From assembly GCA_043767565.1 (NCBI GenBank), contig JAYUGV010000020.1, forward strand, positions 1-43,054: a stretch of 43,054 bases of DNA, given 5' to 3'. Positions 8,853 to 18,338 of this stretch are shown here, piece after piece (the first letter of the stretch is position 1; each line of letters opens with the position of its first letter). The translations under genes were made by a program, and so were the position numbers. The notes under the pieces were generated by a model that saw nothing but the letters and a program-made list of their open reading frames with translations, was not told the origin of the DNA and did no database searches. The DNA comes from Anaerolineales bacterium (lineage in GTDB: Bacteria > Chloroflexota > Anaerolineae > Anaerolineales > Villigracilaceae).

Positions 8853-10109
8853 TTACGGCGTCCAGATCGTCCCGTCGGGCCAGCGGCTTTGCGTCCATTC
8901 AATCGGCGGAATGCTGATCGGATATTTCGCAGCCTTGGCTTCGTCAATATCAATGCCCAAGCCAGGCTTATCGTTCGCCCATAAATAGCCATTGTGCAAT
9001 TCAGGAATACCCGGAAAAACTTCCTTGAGCGGATCGCCAAAATATATCATCTCCTGAATCCCAAAATTGTGACATGCCAAGTCAAGATGCAGATTGGCAG
9101 CATGCCCAACGGGAGATGTGTCGCCGGGTCCATGCCAGGCGGTGCGGACACCGAACGATTCGCACAACGCCGCAAGTTTGCGCGCAGAGGTGATACCTCC
9201 AAGCTGAGAAATGTGCGAGCGGATGAAATCAATCAACTGCTCGGCAATTAGCGGACGCCATTCCAGCGGATTGTTATGCAATTCGCCCATCGCGATCGGC
9301 ACAGCGCATTGCTCGCGCAAACGACGGAACCATTCAATTTGATCAGGCGCGAACGGGTCTTCCAGGAAAAACAAACGATATGGCTCCAGGGCTTTCGCCA
9401 TCCGAATGGCATCAATGGGTGCAAGTCGTTCGTGAATGTCATGTAACAGGAACAAATCAAAGCCAATCTTGTTACGGATATATTCAAACAACGGCGGAAT
9501 GGAGCGCGCATACCAATCTGGGTCATAATAAGCGCCCGGGAAATTTCCCTGGGTATTATCCATTGATTTCATCCGATGTGTTGCTTGTGGGGCTTTTTTG
9601 CTGGGCCGCGAGTTCTTCTTATTCAAGTCTTTTACGCGTCCACCATAACCACCCATTTGCAGGCGTACTGCCAGCGTACCTTCGGCTTGATATTTGAGAA
9701 CGTTATCCAACACTTCTTTGGGCTCGCGTCCATCGGCATGCCGATAGACCATGGCAGCCTCACGACATTTACCGCCTAACAGATCATAGACAGGCATGTT
9801 CGCGACCTTGCCTTTGATATCCCATAGCGCCTGATCCACGCCACTAATGGCATTGTTCAGCACCGGTCCATTACGCCAATAAGAATTGACGTACATCATA
9901 TGCCACAGGTCTTCAATGTTGGCGGGATCACGTCCTTTCAACAATGGCGCGAGATACTCCTCCACAGCTTTGGCAACCAATGTCGGGCGTTGCGTAAACG
10001 TGGCACAGCCGACTCCATAGAGTCCCGGCTGGTCAGTTTCCACTTTGACGATGACAAGTGCGATACCATCTGGAGCGGTAAGAATGGGTCTTACATTTGT
10101 TATTTTCAT
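8853..10109 (-). CDS. Enolase-superfamily acid-sugar dehydratase, RspA/ManD (mannonate dehydratase) subgroup
   Basis: YWRNGPVLNNAISGVDQALWDIKGK. Metal-ligand motifs LHDIHER, EDP and MGE. WHGPGD.SP. Confidence 0.85.
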   Translation of the reverse strand: MKITNVRPILTAPDGIALVIVKVETDQPGLYGVGCATFTQRPTLVAKAVEEYLAPLLKGRDPANIEDLWHMMYVNSYWRNGPVLNNAISGVDQALWDIKGKVANMPVYDLLGGKCREAAMVYRHADGREPKEVLDNVLKYQAEGTLAVRLQMGGYGGRVKDLNKKNSRPSKKAPQATHRMKSMDNTQGNFPGAYYDPDWYARSIPPLFEYIRNKIGFDLFLLHDIHERLAPIDAIRMAKALEPYRLFFLEDPFAPDQIEWFRRLREQCAVPIAMGELHNNPLEWRPLIAEQLIDFIRSHISQLGGITSARKLAALCESFGVRTAWHGPGDTSPVGHAANLHLDLACHNFGIQEMIYFGDPLKEVFPGIPELHNGYLWANDKPGLGIDIDEAKAAKYPISIPPIEWTQSRWPDGTIWTP

Positions 10110-10147
10110 GTGCTTATCCTTTTATTTTTTATTTCATCTTACGTAGT

Positions 10148-10297
10148 CAACCCCGAAGGGGTGAAACGATTATAGATTTCGGAATGGTTTTACCAATCCC
10201 GGATGGATGTCATGGGCTTGCGCGAAAACATGTCATCCCTTCGGGATTATTTCCACGCTGGTTTCAAAACTAGAATCATCCCATCCCTTCGGGATTG
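10148..10297. repeat. Nested inverted REP-like repeats (AATCCCGAAGGGATG family)
   Basis: Outer pair 10148-10175 and 10270-10297, inner pair 10195-10214 and 10229-10248. All carry a CCCGAAGGG-like core. Confidence 0.7.
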
Positions 10298-10312
10298 AAG
10301 ACTGTTGAGTTA

Positions 10313-11560
10313 TTAATCAAAAAAATCATGGTCTTCTGCTGAGAGATATTGACGCGCTTTTTCTTCGATAAAATCCACGCCTAAACCTGGAGTATTCCAA
10401 ACTTCAATCAAGCCATCTTTCACAATGGGATTTGGCAAACCTTTGATGATGTCATACCACCATTCGGGTTTTGCTATTGGATATTCAAAAGCGATGTAAT
10501 TTTGCGGAAGCGTGGCACACACCTGAACGAGCGCAGCCAGCCCGATCAAGCCGTCGAAGACGCCGTGCGGTGCCATCATAATACCGTGCAAGTCAGCATA
10601 TTCTGTCACCCATTTCAACTCAGCGAGACCGCCGATATCTTCCGGGTCTGGACCGATGATACGCACAGCATGTCTTTCAATCAACTCTTTAAAGTTCTGG
10701 CGCAAATAGATTTGCTCGCCGGTGTGAGTGGGCGTCGCTGTAGCTTGCGTGACCTCACGATAGACATCTGCCAATGTATACGGGGTGTAATCACCGGTGA
10801 TCAAATCTTCCATCCACATGATGTTAAGCGGCTCAAGCGCACGCGCCACGCGGATCGCATCCGACACCATCCAGCCAGGACCACAATCGAGTGCCAGACC
10901 GATCTCATCGCCAAGCACAGATTTCATCGCTTCAACACACGCGATGATATGCTTCATGCTTTTCTCGGTCAGCAAGCCGCGGTTGGCATGCGGCGTATCA
11001 GACATGGAGAGCACTCCCCCTTTCGTTCGAAAGTAAGGGTTACTCTGCGGTACAACTCCCCGCGGCTCATCATAAGAAAAGTTGGGGATTTGATAAGGCA
11101 TGGCGCTGTGAAAACCGATCGGTGACTTAATGATGGTAAAGCCTTCCGCTGCAGCTTTCATTTTGCGCATGTCTTCGGCATAATCTTCGGGGTTATAACC
11201 CGTCATTGGAAAACGCACCCCGCCGTTATACACACGCACTTTGTCGCGGGTCTTGCCGCCGAGAAGTTTGTACACAGGGATTCCGGCAGCTTTGCCAGCG
11301 ATATCCCATAACGCCATCTCTACCGCACTGACGGCACTACCCCACGGCTTGAAACTCCCCATGCGGCGGATCTTCATCATAACGCGTTCTACATTGGTCG
11401 GGTCTTCACCGATCAAGTATTTTTTATAAAACAAAACATGGGGCTTGAGGTACGGCTTGGTATTCTCTGCCTGACCGTATCCATAAATTCCTTCATCCGT
11501 ATTGATGCGAATGACAGGGTTCTCGCCAATGACAGCACATTTGAGATCAGTAATTTTCAT
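10313..11560 (-). CDS. Mandelate racemase/muconate lactonizing family dehydratase
   Basis: AVEMALWDIAGKAAGIPVYKLLGG. Motifs LDCG, MEDL, TGEQ and PGLG. Confidence 0.85.
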   Translation of the reverse strand: MKITDLKCAVIGENPVIRINTDEGIYGYGQAENTKPYLKPHVLFYKKYLIGEDPTNVERVMMKIRRMGSFKPWGSAVSAVEMALWDIAGKAAGIPVYKLLGGKTRDKVRVYNGGVRFPMTGYNPEDYAEDMRKMKAAAEGFTIIKSPIGFHSAMPYQIPNFSYDEPRGVVPQSNPYFRTKGGVLSMSDTPHANRGLLTEKSMKHIIACVEAMKSVLGDEIGLALDCGPGWMVSDAIRVARALEPLNIMWMEDLITGDYTPYTLADVYREVTQATATPTHTGEQIYLRQNFKELIERHAVRIIGPDPEDIGGLAELKWVTEYADLHGIMMAPHGVFDGLIGLAALVQVCATLPQNYIAFEYPIAKPEWWYDIIKGLPNPIVKDGLIEVWNTPGLGVDFIEEKARQYLSAEDHDFFD

Positions 11561-11564
11561 AAGA

Positions 11565-12572
11565 TTATCTTTCTGCTTCGATATTGACGCGTTCCAACAT
11601 CGCCTTCATATATCCGATGGTATACGCTGTCCCAACTTGGGGCGTACCGCCCATTGCCGGAATATGATCCGCGATAAAGACGCCGTCAAAATCCACGGCG
11701 CGCATGGCTTTCAAGACCTGGTACATATCCATATAACCATCGTCAATAAACGTTTCAACGAAATACGGCAAAGGTTTATCCACGTTGCGGAAGTGAACCT
11801 TGAAGAGTTTTTTGCGTTCACCAAAATAGCGGATGGTTTCAAATACATCTTTGCCCATCTTCGAACCGCCTTCAGCCCAGCAACCTACACAGAGACATAT
11901 CCCCACGTTGGGGCTGTCGGCAATTTCAAGTGCGCGTTTGTAACCGTCAAAGTTACTGAAGATACAGCGCGGAATTCCACCTAACTCTTCAACCGGAGGA
12001 TCATCAGGATGAATACCGATTCTGACATTCGCCTCTTCTGCCACGGGCGCAACTTGTTTGATGAAGTAGATAAAGTTTTCCCAAATTTCTTCCTGGGTGT
12101 ATACGCGTTCATGGGTCAGTGTGCCTTCGTAGGTTCGATCGATCCACCGGCCTTTGCCGCCCTTTGCCAAATCAAAAGCGCGCGCAGGCGCATTGCCGCG
12201 CGTGAACTCGCCTTCAGTACTCCAAATTCCATTTGCCATGTGAGCATAGGTTGTATAAGGAATGCCCGCTTTGCCAAGATTGCGCAGATGGGTTTTGTAT
12301 TCCTCAATTTTTTCGTCACGGCCGGGCAAACCGAGCGTAATGACATCTTGATTATGAACGCTAAAACTTCCAAAACCATACACTTTTAATCCAGCCGCTT
12401 CAAACAATTGTTTGCGGCTTGAATAATATTCGTAACTGGCTTTGTCACCGCCTGTCCATAAGACGACATAGTCAACGCCCATCTGGCGGATAAAATCCAA
12501 ATCCGCTTGAGCAGGCTCGGGGGTGATTTGAGCCGCGATCTTCATCCCGGGAGGTAAAGGCATAAGCGCCAT
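11565..12572 (-). CDS. uxuA: UxuA-like mannonate dehydratase (paralog A)
   Basis: Motifs HPDDPP, HFRNV, ETFIDDG.MDM, DH.P and IGYMKA. Confidence 0.8.
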   Translation of the reverse strand: MALMPLPPGMKIAAQITPEPAQADLDFIRQMGVDYVVLWTGGDKASYEYYSSRKQLFEAAGLKVYGFGSFSVHNQDVITLGLPGRDEKIEEYKTHLRNLGKAGIPYTTYAHMANGIWSTEGEFTRGNAPARAFDLAKGGKGRWIDRTYEGTLTHERVYTQEEIWENFIYFIKQVAPVAEEANVRIGIHPDDPPVEELGGIPRCIFSNFDGYKRALEIADSPNVGICLCVGCWAEGGSKMGKDVFETIRYFGERKKLFKVHFRNVDKPLPYFVETFIDDGYMDMYQVLKAMRAVDFDGVFIADHIPAMGGTPQVGTAYTIGYMKAMLERVNIEAER

Positions 12573-12581
12573 AAAATTCTC

Positions 12582-13883
12582 CTACGACCAGAGTCGATCC
12601 CAACTGCGTTCGGCATCCCATTGGGTGGTTGGTTCAAAGAAACCTTTATCTTCAGCGATGTGATGTTCTTTGACAATTTCTTCATTCAACGTGAAACCAA
12701 GACCGGGCGCATCGGGGACAGTAATGTATCCATTATTGATGAGGGGCTTCAAACCGATGTCAATAAAATCAGCCCAGTAAGGTACATCAGTGAAGTGATG
12801 TTCAAGGGCGATGAAGTTCTCGGTCGCCGCCGCGCAATGGACAGCCGCCATGGTGCTGATGGGTGTACCTGCCATATGTAAAGCCATGCTCACACCATAC
12901 TCTTGCGCAAGGTCACCGATCTTTTTTGTTTCGAGAATGCCGCCACTTGTCGCAAGGTCGGGATGAATCACATTGACGGCGCGCGCTTGCAGCAACGGCA
13001 TGAAGCCTTCTTTCAAATAAATATCTTCGCCGGTGCAAACCGGTGTTTTCAAAGCGCGTTCCATTTGAACCCATTGCTCAGTAAATTGCCACGGGACCAT
13101 ATCTTCAAGCCAGGCAAGATTAAACGGTTCGAGTGCTTCACCCAGGCGAATACAATCATCCACGCCGATGTGACCAAAATGGTCGGCGGCAATCGGCACT
13201 TCATATCCAACAACCGCACGGACTTGTTCAACATACTCGCAAAGCATTTGAATGCCTTTGGGCGTGAGACGCACGTGGGTAAACGGATGTTGGATGCTGT
13301 TGATATCGAGCATACGATCCAATTGCGTACCATCGTTTGTATTCAAAGTTCCAGCAGGATATGTAAGCGCGCCCTGCACGCCGATGAGCGGTTGAATGCC
13401 AATGTCCATTTTGAGCATGGTAAAACCGCGCGACATTCTTTCCTTGAGCTTATGCCCCATGGCTTCGCCAGTGGGTTCGTTGGGGGTATCACAATACATG
13501 CGGATCGCATCGCGGAATTTTCCACCTGCAAGTGCGTAAGCCGGAACGTCATAGGCTTTGCCAGCTAAATCCATCAGCGCCATTTCAATGCCGCATACGC
13601 CGCCGCCTTGACGGGCATGATGACCAAATTGTTTTATCTTTTTGAAAATCTTATCCACATTGCATGGATTCTCTCCAATGAGGTGCCGCTTAAGCATGAG
13701 CGCATAGGTCTTGCTGGCGCCATCACGCACTTCGCCATATCCGGCTAAACCTTGATTGGTATCAATGCGGATGATAGGAAACCGCCACCCCTCCCAGCCG
13801 ACAGTTGCCACGCGCACATCTGTGATCTTCAACTCGCTGGGGCGGGATCGCTGATTCACATGATCTTCGGGTCGCGCGTTCAT
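12582..13883 (-). CDS. Mandelate racemase/muconate lactonizing family dehydratase
   Basis: GIEMALMDLAGKA, LKMD, ADHFGH, LEDM, TGED and PDAPGLG. Confidence 0.85.
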   Translation of the reverse strand: MNARPEDHVNQRSRPSELKITDVRVATVGWEGWRFPIIRIDTNQGLAGYGEVRDGASKTYALMLKRHLIGENPCNVDKIFKKIKQFGHHARQGGGVCGIEMALMDLAGKAYDVPAYALAGGKFRDAIRMYCDTPNEPTGEAMGHKLKERMSRGFTMLKMDIGIQPLIGVQGALTYPAGTLNTNDGTQLDRMLDINSIQHPFTHVRLTPKGIQMLCEYVEQVRAVVGYEVPIAADHFGHIGVDDCIRLGEALEPFNLAWLEDMVPWQFTEQWVQMERALKTPVCTGEDIYLKEGFMPLLQARAVNVIHPDLATSGGILETKKIGDLAQEYGVSMALHMAGTPISTMAAVHCAAATENFIALEHHFTDVPYWADFIDIGLKPLINNGYITVPDAPGLGFTLNEEIVKEHHIAEDKGFFEPTTQWDAERSWDRLWS

Positions 13884-14701
13884 TTGTTATTCGCCTTTTT
13901 CCATGCTGTGAAATCTGCTTCGATATCTTCGCGCCACGTCCCTACATCGATTTCACCGCTGGTATATTTTCCTTCAGAGATGCGCAGTTTGCCGAACTCA
14001 TCACGCACACGGGTGGCTTCGCTGGCTTCAACAACTTCTTGAACCAAATGCGGCGGGATGAAGTAGATGCCGGTATTGGTGCCGAGCACAACATCGCCGG
14101 GCAGAACGGTCACGCCGCCAATCTTGACGGGAATATTAATCCCTTCGAGCGTTTCATCGGCAATCGCTGATGGATGCGCATCCCGCATAAAGAAATTCAC
14201 ATCAGTGAGCGTAACCAGCCCGGGCAGGTCACGAATCGCACCGTCCACAACGAGACCGGCGCGAGTACGGGTGCGGACAGCCGTTCCGAGATTGTCACCC
14301 ACAATGGTGCCGCCATCGATCTTGCCGCGCAGATCCACGACCATCACATCGTTGAGTTGAAGTTGCTCGATGATCCAGGAGTTTTGTCCGCCGATCTTGC
14401 CACGTCCTTCAGCAGTGCCAGCCGTTTGAATTGCTTCGTGATAATCGGGGCGATGCGGAAGAAAAGAAGCAGTGAGGGCGCGACCAACCAACACAACGCC
14501 CGGGTGAGTTTGCATGAACCCGCCCACAAATTGATTTTTATAACCATGATTCAAAAGCACCGACCAGACTTCCTCAGCGGTGACAAGCTTCATGCGCTCG
14601 AGCAGTTCATCAGGCACGCGCGGGCGTCCGTCGTCAAATCTTTCAAATGGGTTAAGTTTGGTGAGATGGATCAAATCATCTTTTGAGGGTTGAATGTGCA
14701 T
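13880..14701 (-). CDS. RraA-like/HMG aldolase family protein
   Basis: Motifs VGDNLG, VVDGAIRD and IGGVTVLPGDVVLG. It overlaps the downstream gene (ATGA). Confidence 0.8.
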   Translation of the reverse strand: MHIQPSKDDLIHLTKLNPFERFDDGRPRVPDELLERMKLVTAEEVWSVLLNHGYKNQFVGGFMQTHPGVVLVGRALTASFLPHRPDYHEAIQTAGTAEGRGKIGGQNSWIIEQLQLNDVMVVDLRGKIDGGTIVGDNLGTAVRTRTRAGLVVDGAIRDLPGLVTLTDVNFFMRDAHPSAIADETLEGINIPVKIGGVTVLPGDVVLGTNTGIYFIPPHLVQEVVEASEATRVRDEFGKLRISEGKYTSGEIDVGTWREDIEADFTAWKKANNK

Positions 14702-14722
14702 ACTGTTTTCTCCGTTTATATT

Positions 14723-15550
14723 TTATTGATGTGTCCAGCCGAGCATTCGCTCAGCCTTACTTGAATCAAAGAAGCTTTTCGTCTCGCTTAAATCACCGCG
14801 CACGGGCACATCGGGAAAGAATTTTTGTTTCAGTTCGAGCGAAGGCGTTGCGCTGATGGTGTCAGGAGCGGCAAGAAAAAATACTTCATGCCCTTTGAAG
14901 TCTGCGGTTAGCGAGTTCAGGCAGGCTCGCGCTGAAGCATCGGAACGTACATAAGCCCATAAATTTTTGGCTGCAAATTCAGTTTCGCTGTAGCCTTTCG
15001 CTGCCACTGCCGTAGCGCGGTCTGATACAACCCAATGGAAACGCATGCTTGCGATGACCATGTTCTCATAACGCCGCGCAAACGAATTACCCTGCTCCTC
15101 ACAAATCCATTTCGACAGACTATACGGGTCTTCGTTATACGTAGGATGTTTCTCATCCAACGGGAAATAATCGAAATGGGGCCAGCGGCTGTAGGCAAGC
15201 CCCATGGCATTCACGCTGGAGGCTTGACACACGCGCTGGATTCCAACCTCCACTGCGGCGCGCAACGCATTGTAACTACTCACGACATTGTTATTATGCA
15301 CTTCGTGATCAGGATGCGAGCCGGGCGCGGGAATTGCCGCCATATGCACCAAAGCATCACAACCGCGCAGCGCATTTTCAAATGCAGCATAATCGGTCAG
15401 ATCAGCCTGTATGTAATTGACGTCAGGTTGGTCAATAACTTTTTCCGGTTGGACACGGTCTATGCATACAACACTATGCCCCTGAGCCAAAGCCATTTCA
15501 ACGATGGCTTTTCCTACACGTCCACTACTACCAGTCACTGCGATATTCAT
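14723..15550 (-). CDS. NAD-dependent epimerase/dehydratase family oxidoreductase (extended SDR; uronate-dehydrogenase-like)
   Basis: Motifs VTGSSGRVG, HMAA, ASS and YSLSK. Confidence 0.85.
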   Translation of the reverse strand: MNIAVTGSSGRVGKAIVEMALAQGHSVVCIDRVQPEKVIDQPDVNYIQADLTDYAAFENALRGCDALVHMAAIPAPGSHPDHEVHNNNVVSSYNALRAAVEVGIQRVCQASSVNAMGLAYSRWPHFDYFPLDEKHPTYNEDPYSLSKWICEEQGNSFARRYENMVIASMRFHWVVSDRATAVAAKGYSETEFAAKNLWAYVRSDASARACLNSLTADFKGHEVFFLAAPDTISATPSLELKQKFFPDVPVRGDLSETKSFFDSSKAERMLGWTHQ

Positions 15551-15553
15551 AAA

Positions 15554-16534
15554 TTATCCTGCCTTGGCATAGATGGCTTGTCGTAAACCGCGAATATATC
15601 CGATGGCATACAACCGTCCAAACGATGAATAACCGGCGTTGTCGTTGCTATCGCCTTCCACGGTTGGCACATGATCGGGACGTAACACACCTTCGAAGTT
15701 TATATCCTTATACGCCTGCATACATGCCAGCATATCGGTCTGACCATCATCGTGCCAGGTCTCTTCATATTTTTCCGCTGTGCCGCGCACATCCCGGAAG
15801 TGCACAAAAAAGATTTTATCCTGGTTGCCGAATTTACGAATAACACCCGGCAGATCATTCGTCATCAACGTGAAATTTCCCTGGCACAACGTGATGCCGT
15901 TCATCTTGCTGGGAATCATGTCAACCAGGCGTTGATAATTCTCCACACTACGCATGATGCGCCCCACTCCGCGGATCGGTGAAAGCGGCGGGTCATCGGG
16001 ATGCATGGCAAGTTTGACGTTCCATTTCTCCGCCACCGGTACGACGATCTTTAGAAAATGCTCGAGTGTTTCCCAAAGCTTTTCTTCGCTGATCGGACCA
16101 TTTTCCGTTAGAGGCGCGTCTTTCATCAAGGCATTATCATAACTTGTGACCACCGAACCGCCGCGTGAGACCGTGCTGGTATTGGTGCGCATCCAGTTGA
16201 AGTCGGTCATCCATTCATAACACCAGACGGGAATGCCCAGGCGTCCCATGTTTTCAATAAGCGTGCAGACTGTAGCGATCTCTTCATCACCGCCGGGCAA
16301 ACCGCGTTTCGCTTTGTTCAAAGGCGGGCGGACTTCGATCACCGCGAGATTGAAGCCTGCGCTTTCATAGCGTTGCTTCATGCGCAGCAACGGTAAATAG
16401 TCCCACGGCGCATCGGTACCGTTGGAGGGTTCGTTAAACGGCAAGCCGCCTACAGCGTAATCCACGCCCGCTTGTTTGGAAAGTTTCCACAAGGGCGAGG
16501 GGGTTGGGGGTAAAAACTCAGCAATCTGGATCAT
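15554..16534 (-). CDS. uxuA: UxuA-like mannonate dehydratase (paralog B)
   Basis: Motifs WMRT, HPDDPP, HFRDV, RPDHVP and [11 protein letters not shown]. Confidence 0.85.
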   Translation of the reverse strand: MIQIAEFLPPTPSPLWKLSKQAGVDYAVGGLPFNEPSNGTDAPWDYLPLLRMKQRYESAGFNLAVIEVRPPLNKAKRGLPGGDEEIATVCTLIENMGRLGIPVWCYEWMTDFNWMRTNTSTVSRGGSVVTSYDNALMKDAPLTENGPISEEKLWETLEHFLKIVVPVAEKWNVKLAMHPDDPPLSPIRGVGRIMRSVENYQRLVDMIPSKMNGITLCQGNFTLMTNDLPGVIRKFGNQDKIFFVHFRDVRGTAEKYEETWHDDGQTDMLACMQAYKDINFEGVLRPDHVPTVEGDSNDNAGYSSFGRLYAIGYIRGLRQAIYAKAG

Positions 16535-16539
16535 TCTTT

Positions 16540-17533
16540 TTATCCTTTCAAAATGGTTTCAATCGTTTGAAGCTCTTTAGCGTTCAACGCTATATTTTTC
16601 AACATGCCAATTGCATCGTCAACTTGAGCAACACCACTTGCGCCGATCAGGACTGAAGTCACGGTGTTGAAGCGTAAGACCCACGCAAGCGCTATCTGAG
16701 CGAGAGTCTGATTGCGTGCTTTTGCCATATCATTTAATTTTTTTTACTTTGGCGATTTTATCATCCGTAATATTGGCTGGCTTCAAAAAGCCGTGCGGCT
16801 TGGAGGCGCGTGATCCATCCGGAATCCCATTGAGGTATTTATCGGTCAACAAACCCTGCGCAAGCGGCGAAAACGGGATACAACCAATGCCTTCCTCTTC
16901 CAATACTTTCAACAAGCCATCTTCGATCCAGCGATTGAACATGCTATAAGATGGTTGATGGATCAGACATGGCGTGCCGAGGCTGCGCAAAATTTGGGCG
17001 GCTTTGCGCGTCTCTTCCGGCTTATAGTTGGAGAGGCCGACATACAGCGCCCGTCCACTGCGGACGATGTAATCGAGCGCGCCCATGGTTTCTTCGAGCG
17101 GTGTATCCGGGTCGGGGCGATGATGATAGAAAATATCCACATAATCCAGTCCCATGCGCTTGAGGCTTTGATCCAGACTCGAAACCAAATATTTGCGCGA
17201 GCCCCATTCGCCATACGGACCTTGCCACATGTAATAACCCGCTTTCGATGAAATAATTAATTCATCACGATACGACTTAAGATCATCGCGCAGGATTTGT
17301 CCAAAGGTCTCCTCGGCTGATCCGGCGGGCGGACCATAATTATTCGCCAGATCAAAATGCGTGATGCCTACATCAAATGCCCGGCGCACCATCGCACGGC
17401 TATTTTCATACACATCCACGCCGCCGAAGTTATGCCAGAGACCCAGTGATACGGCAGGCAGTTTGAGTCCGCTGCGACCCGAGCGGTTGTAGCGCATTGC
17501 GTTGTAACGTGTTTCGTTTGGTACGTAAGTCAT
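16540..17533 (-). pseudogene. gpr: Aldo/keto reductase (L-glyceraldehyde-3-phosphate reductase/YghZ-like) with a +1 frameshift in an A8 run
   Basis: SLGLWHNFG, FDLANNYGPP.GSAE and FSPLAQGLLT. Removing one A from the run at 16738-16745 joins VKK-LNDMAKARNQTLAQIALAW (ORF 16540..16728). Confidence 0.85.
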
Positions 17534-17546
17534 AAATGCTTCTCCA

Positions 17547-18338
17547 TTAATCATCCTGCATGATAGCACTTCGTCCGCCATCGATCAAAATTGTATTGCC
17601 TGAAATATAACCAGCCAATGGGCTGCACAGGAACGCGCATAAAGCGCCCACTTCTGCAGATGTGCCCAAGCGCCCCACCGGATGCAAGCCAACCACCTGG
17701 GCGCGTTTCGCAACCGGGTCGGGGAATTTACCAAACCATTCAATATTCATCGGTGTGTCAATAAACCCGGGGGCAATTCCAACCGTTCGAATATGTGTTC
17801 CCCACTCAATCGAGAGGGATTGAACCATTGCCACTAAACCCGCCTTGGCAACATTATATGGGAAACAATTGGGTAGTGTATAAAAGGCGTGATTGGAGCC
17901 CATGATAATTACAACCGGCGCCGGCGCTTGATCCAGATACGGTTTGGCAGATTGCGCCACGCGCCAATGCGCGCCTAAATTAAGATCGATATTGGCTTGC
18001 CAATCCGCTTCGCTCAATGGTGAAGCGCCGATATGAAAATTCCGCCCGGCATTTGAGACAACGATATCCAACCCGCCAAGTTGATCAGCTGCCCAATCCA
18101 CAAAAGCACGCGCAGCAGCTCCATCTGCCAGATCAATGGATTGATAAAACGCGCGCCGCCCAAAACCTTCCACTGTGGATATAAACCGCTTCGCCCCTTC
18201 GCTGTCAGCTGCTTCTATTCCACAGCCTGCGACATCGCTCCCAGCTTTTGCCAGCGATTCAGCGATGCCCGCGCCGATGCCACTGCTAACACCCGTGACG
18301 AGAGCGCGATAATTGGAAAGATCAATGTTTATACTCAT
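17547..18338 (-). CDS. Short-chain dehydrogenase/reductase
   Basis: Motifs TGVSSGIG, NAG, YNVAK, PGFIDT and IDGG. Confidence 0.9.
   Translation of the reverse strand: MSINIDLSNYRALVTGVSSGIGAGIAESLAKAGSDVAGCGIEAADSEGAKRFISTVEGFGRRAFYQSIDLADGAAARAFVDWAADQLGGLDIVVSNAGRNFHIGASPLSEADWQANIDLNLGAHWRVAQSAKPYLDQAPAPVVIIMGSNHAFYTLPNCFPYNVAKAGLVAMVQSLSIEWGTHIRTVGIAPGFIDTPMNIEWFGKFPDPVAKRAQVVGLHPVGRLGTSAEVGALCAFLCSPLAGYISGNTILIDGGRSAIMQDD

Noticed and set aside
10148-10297. Possible mini CRISPR array
   Set aside because: The units are in inverted orientation, degenerate and irregularly spaced, and no cas genes are present.
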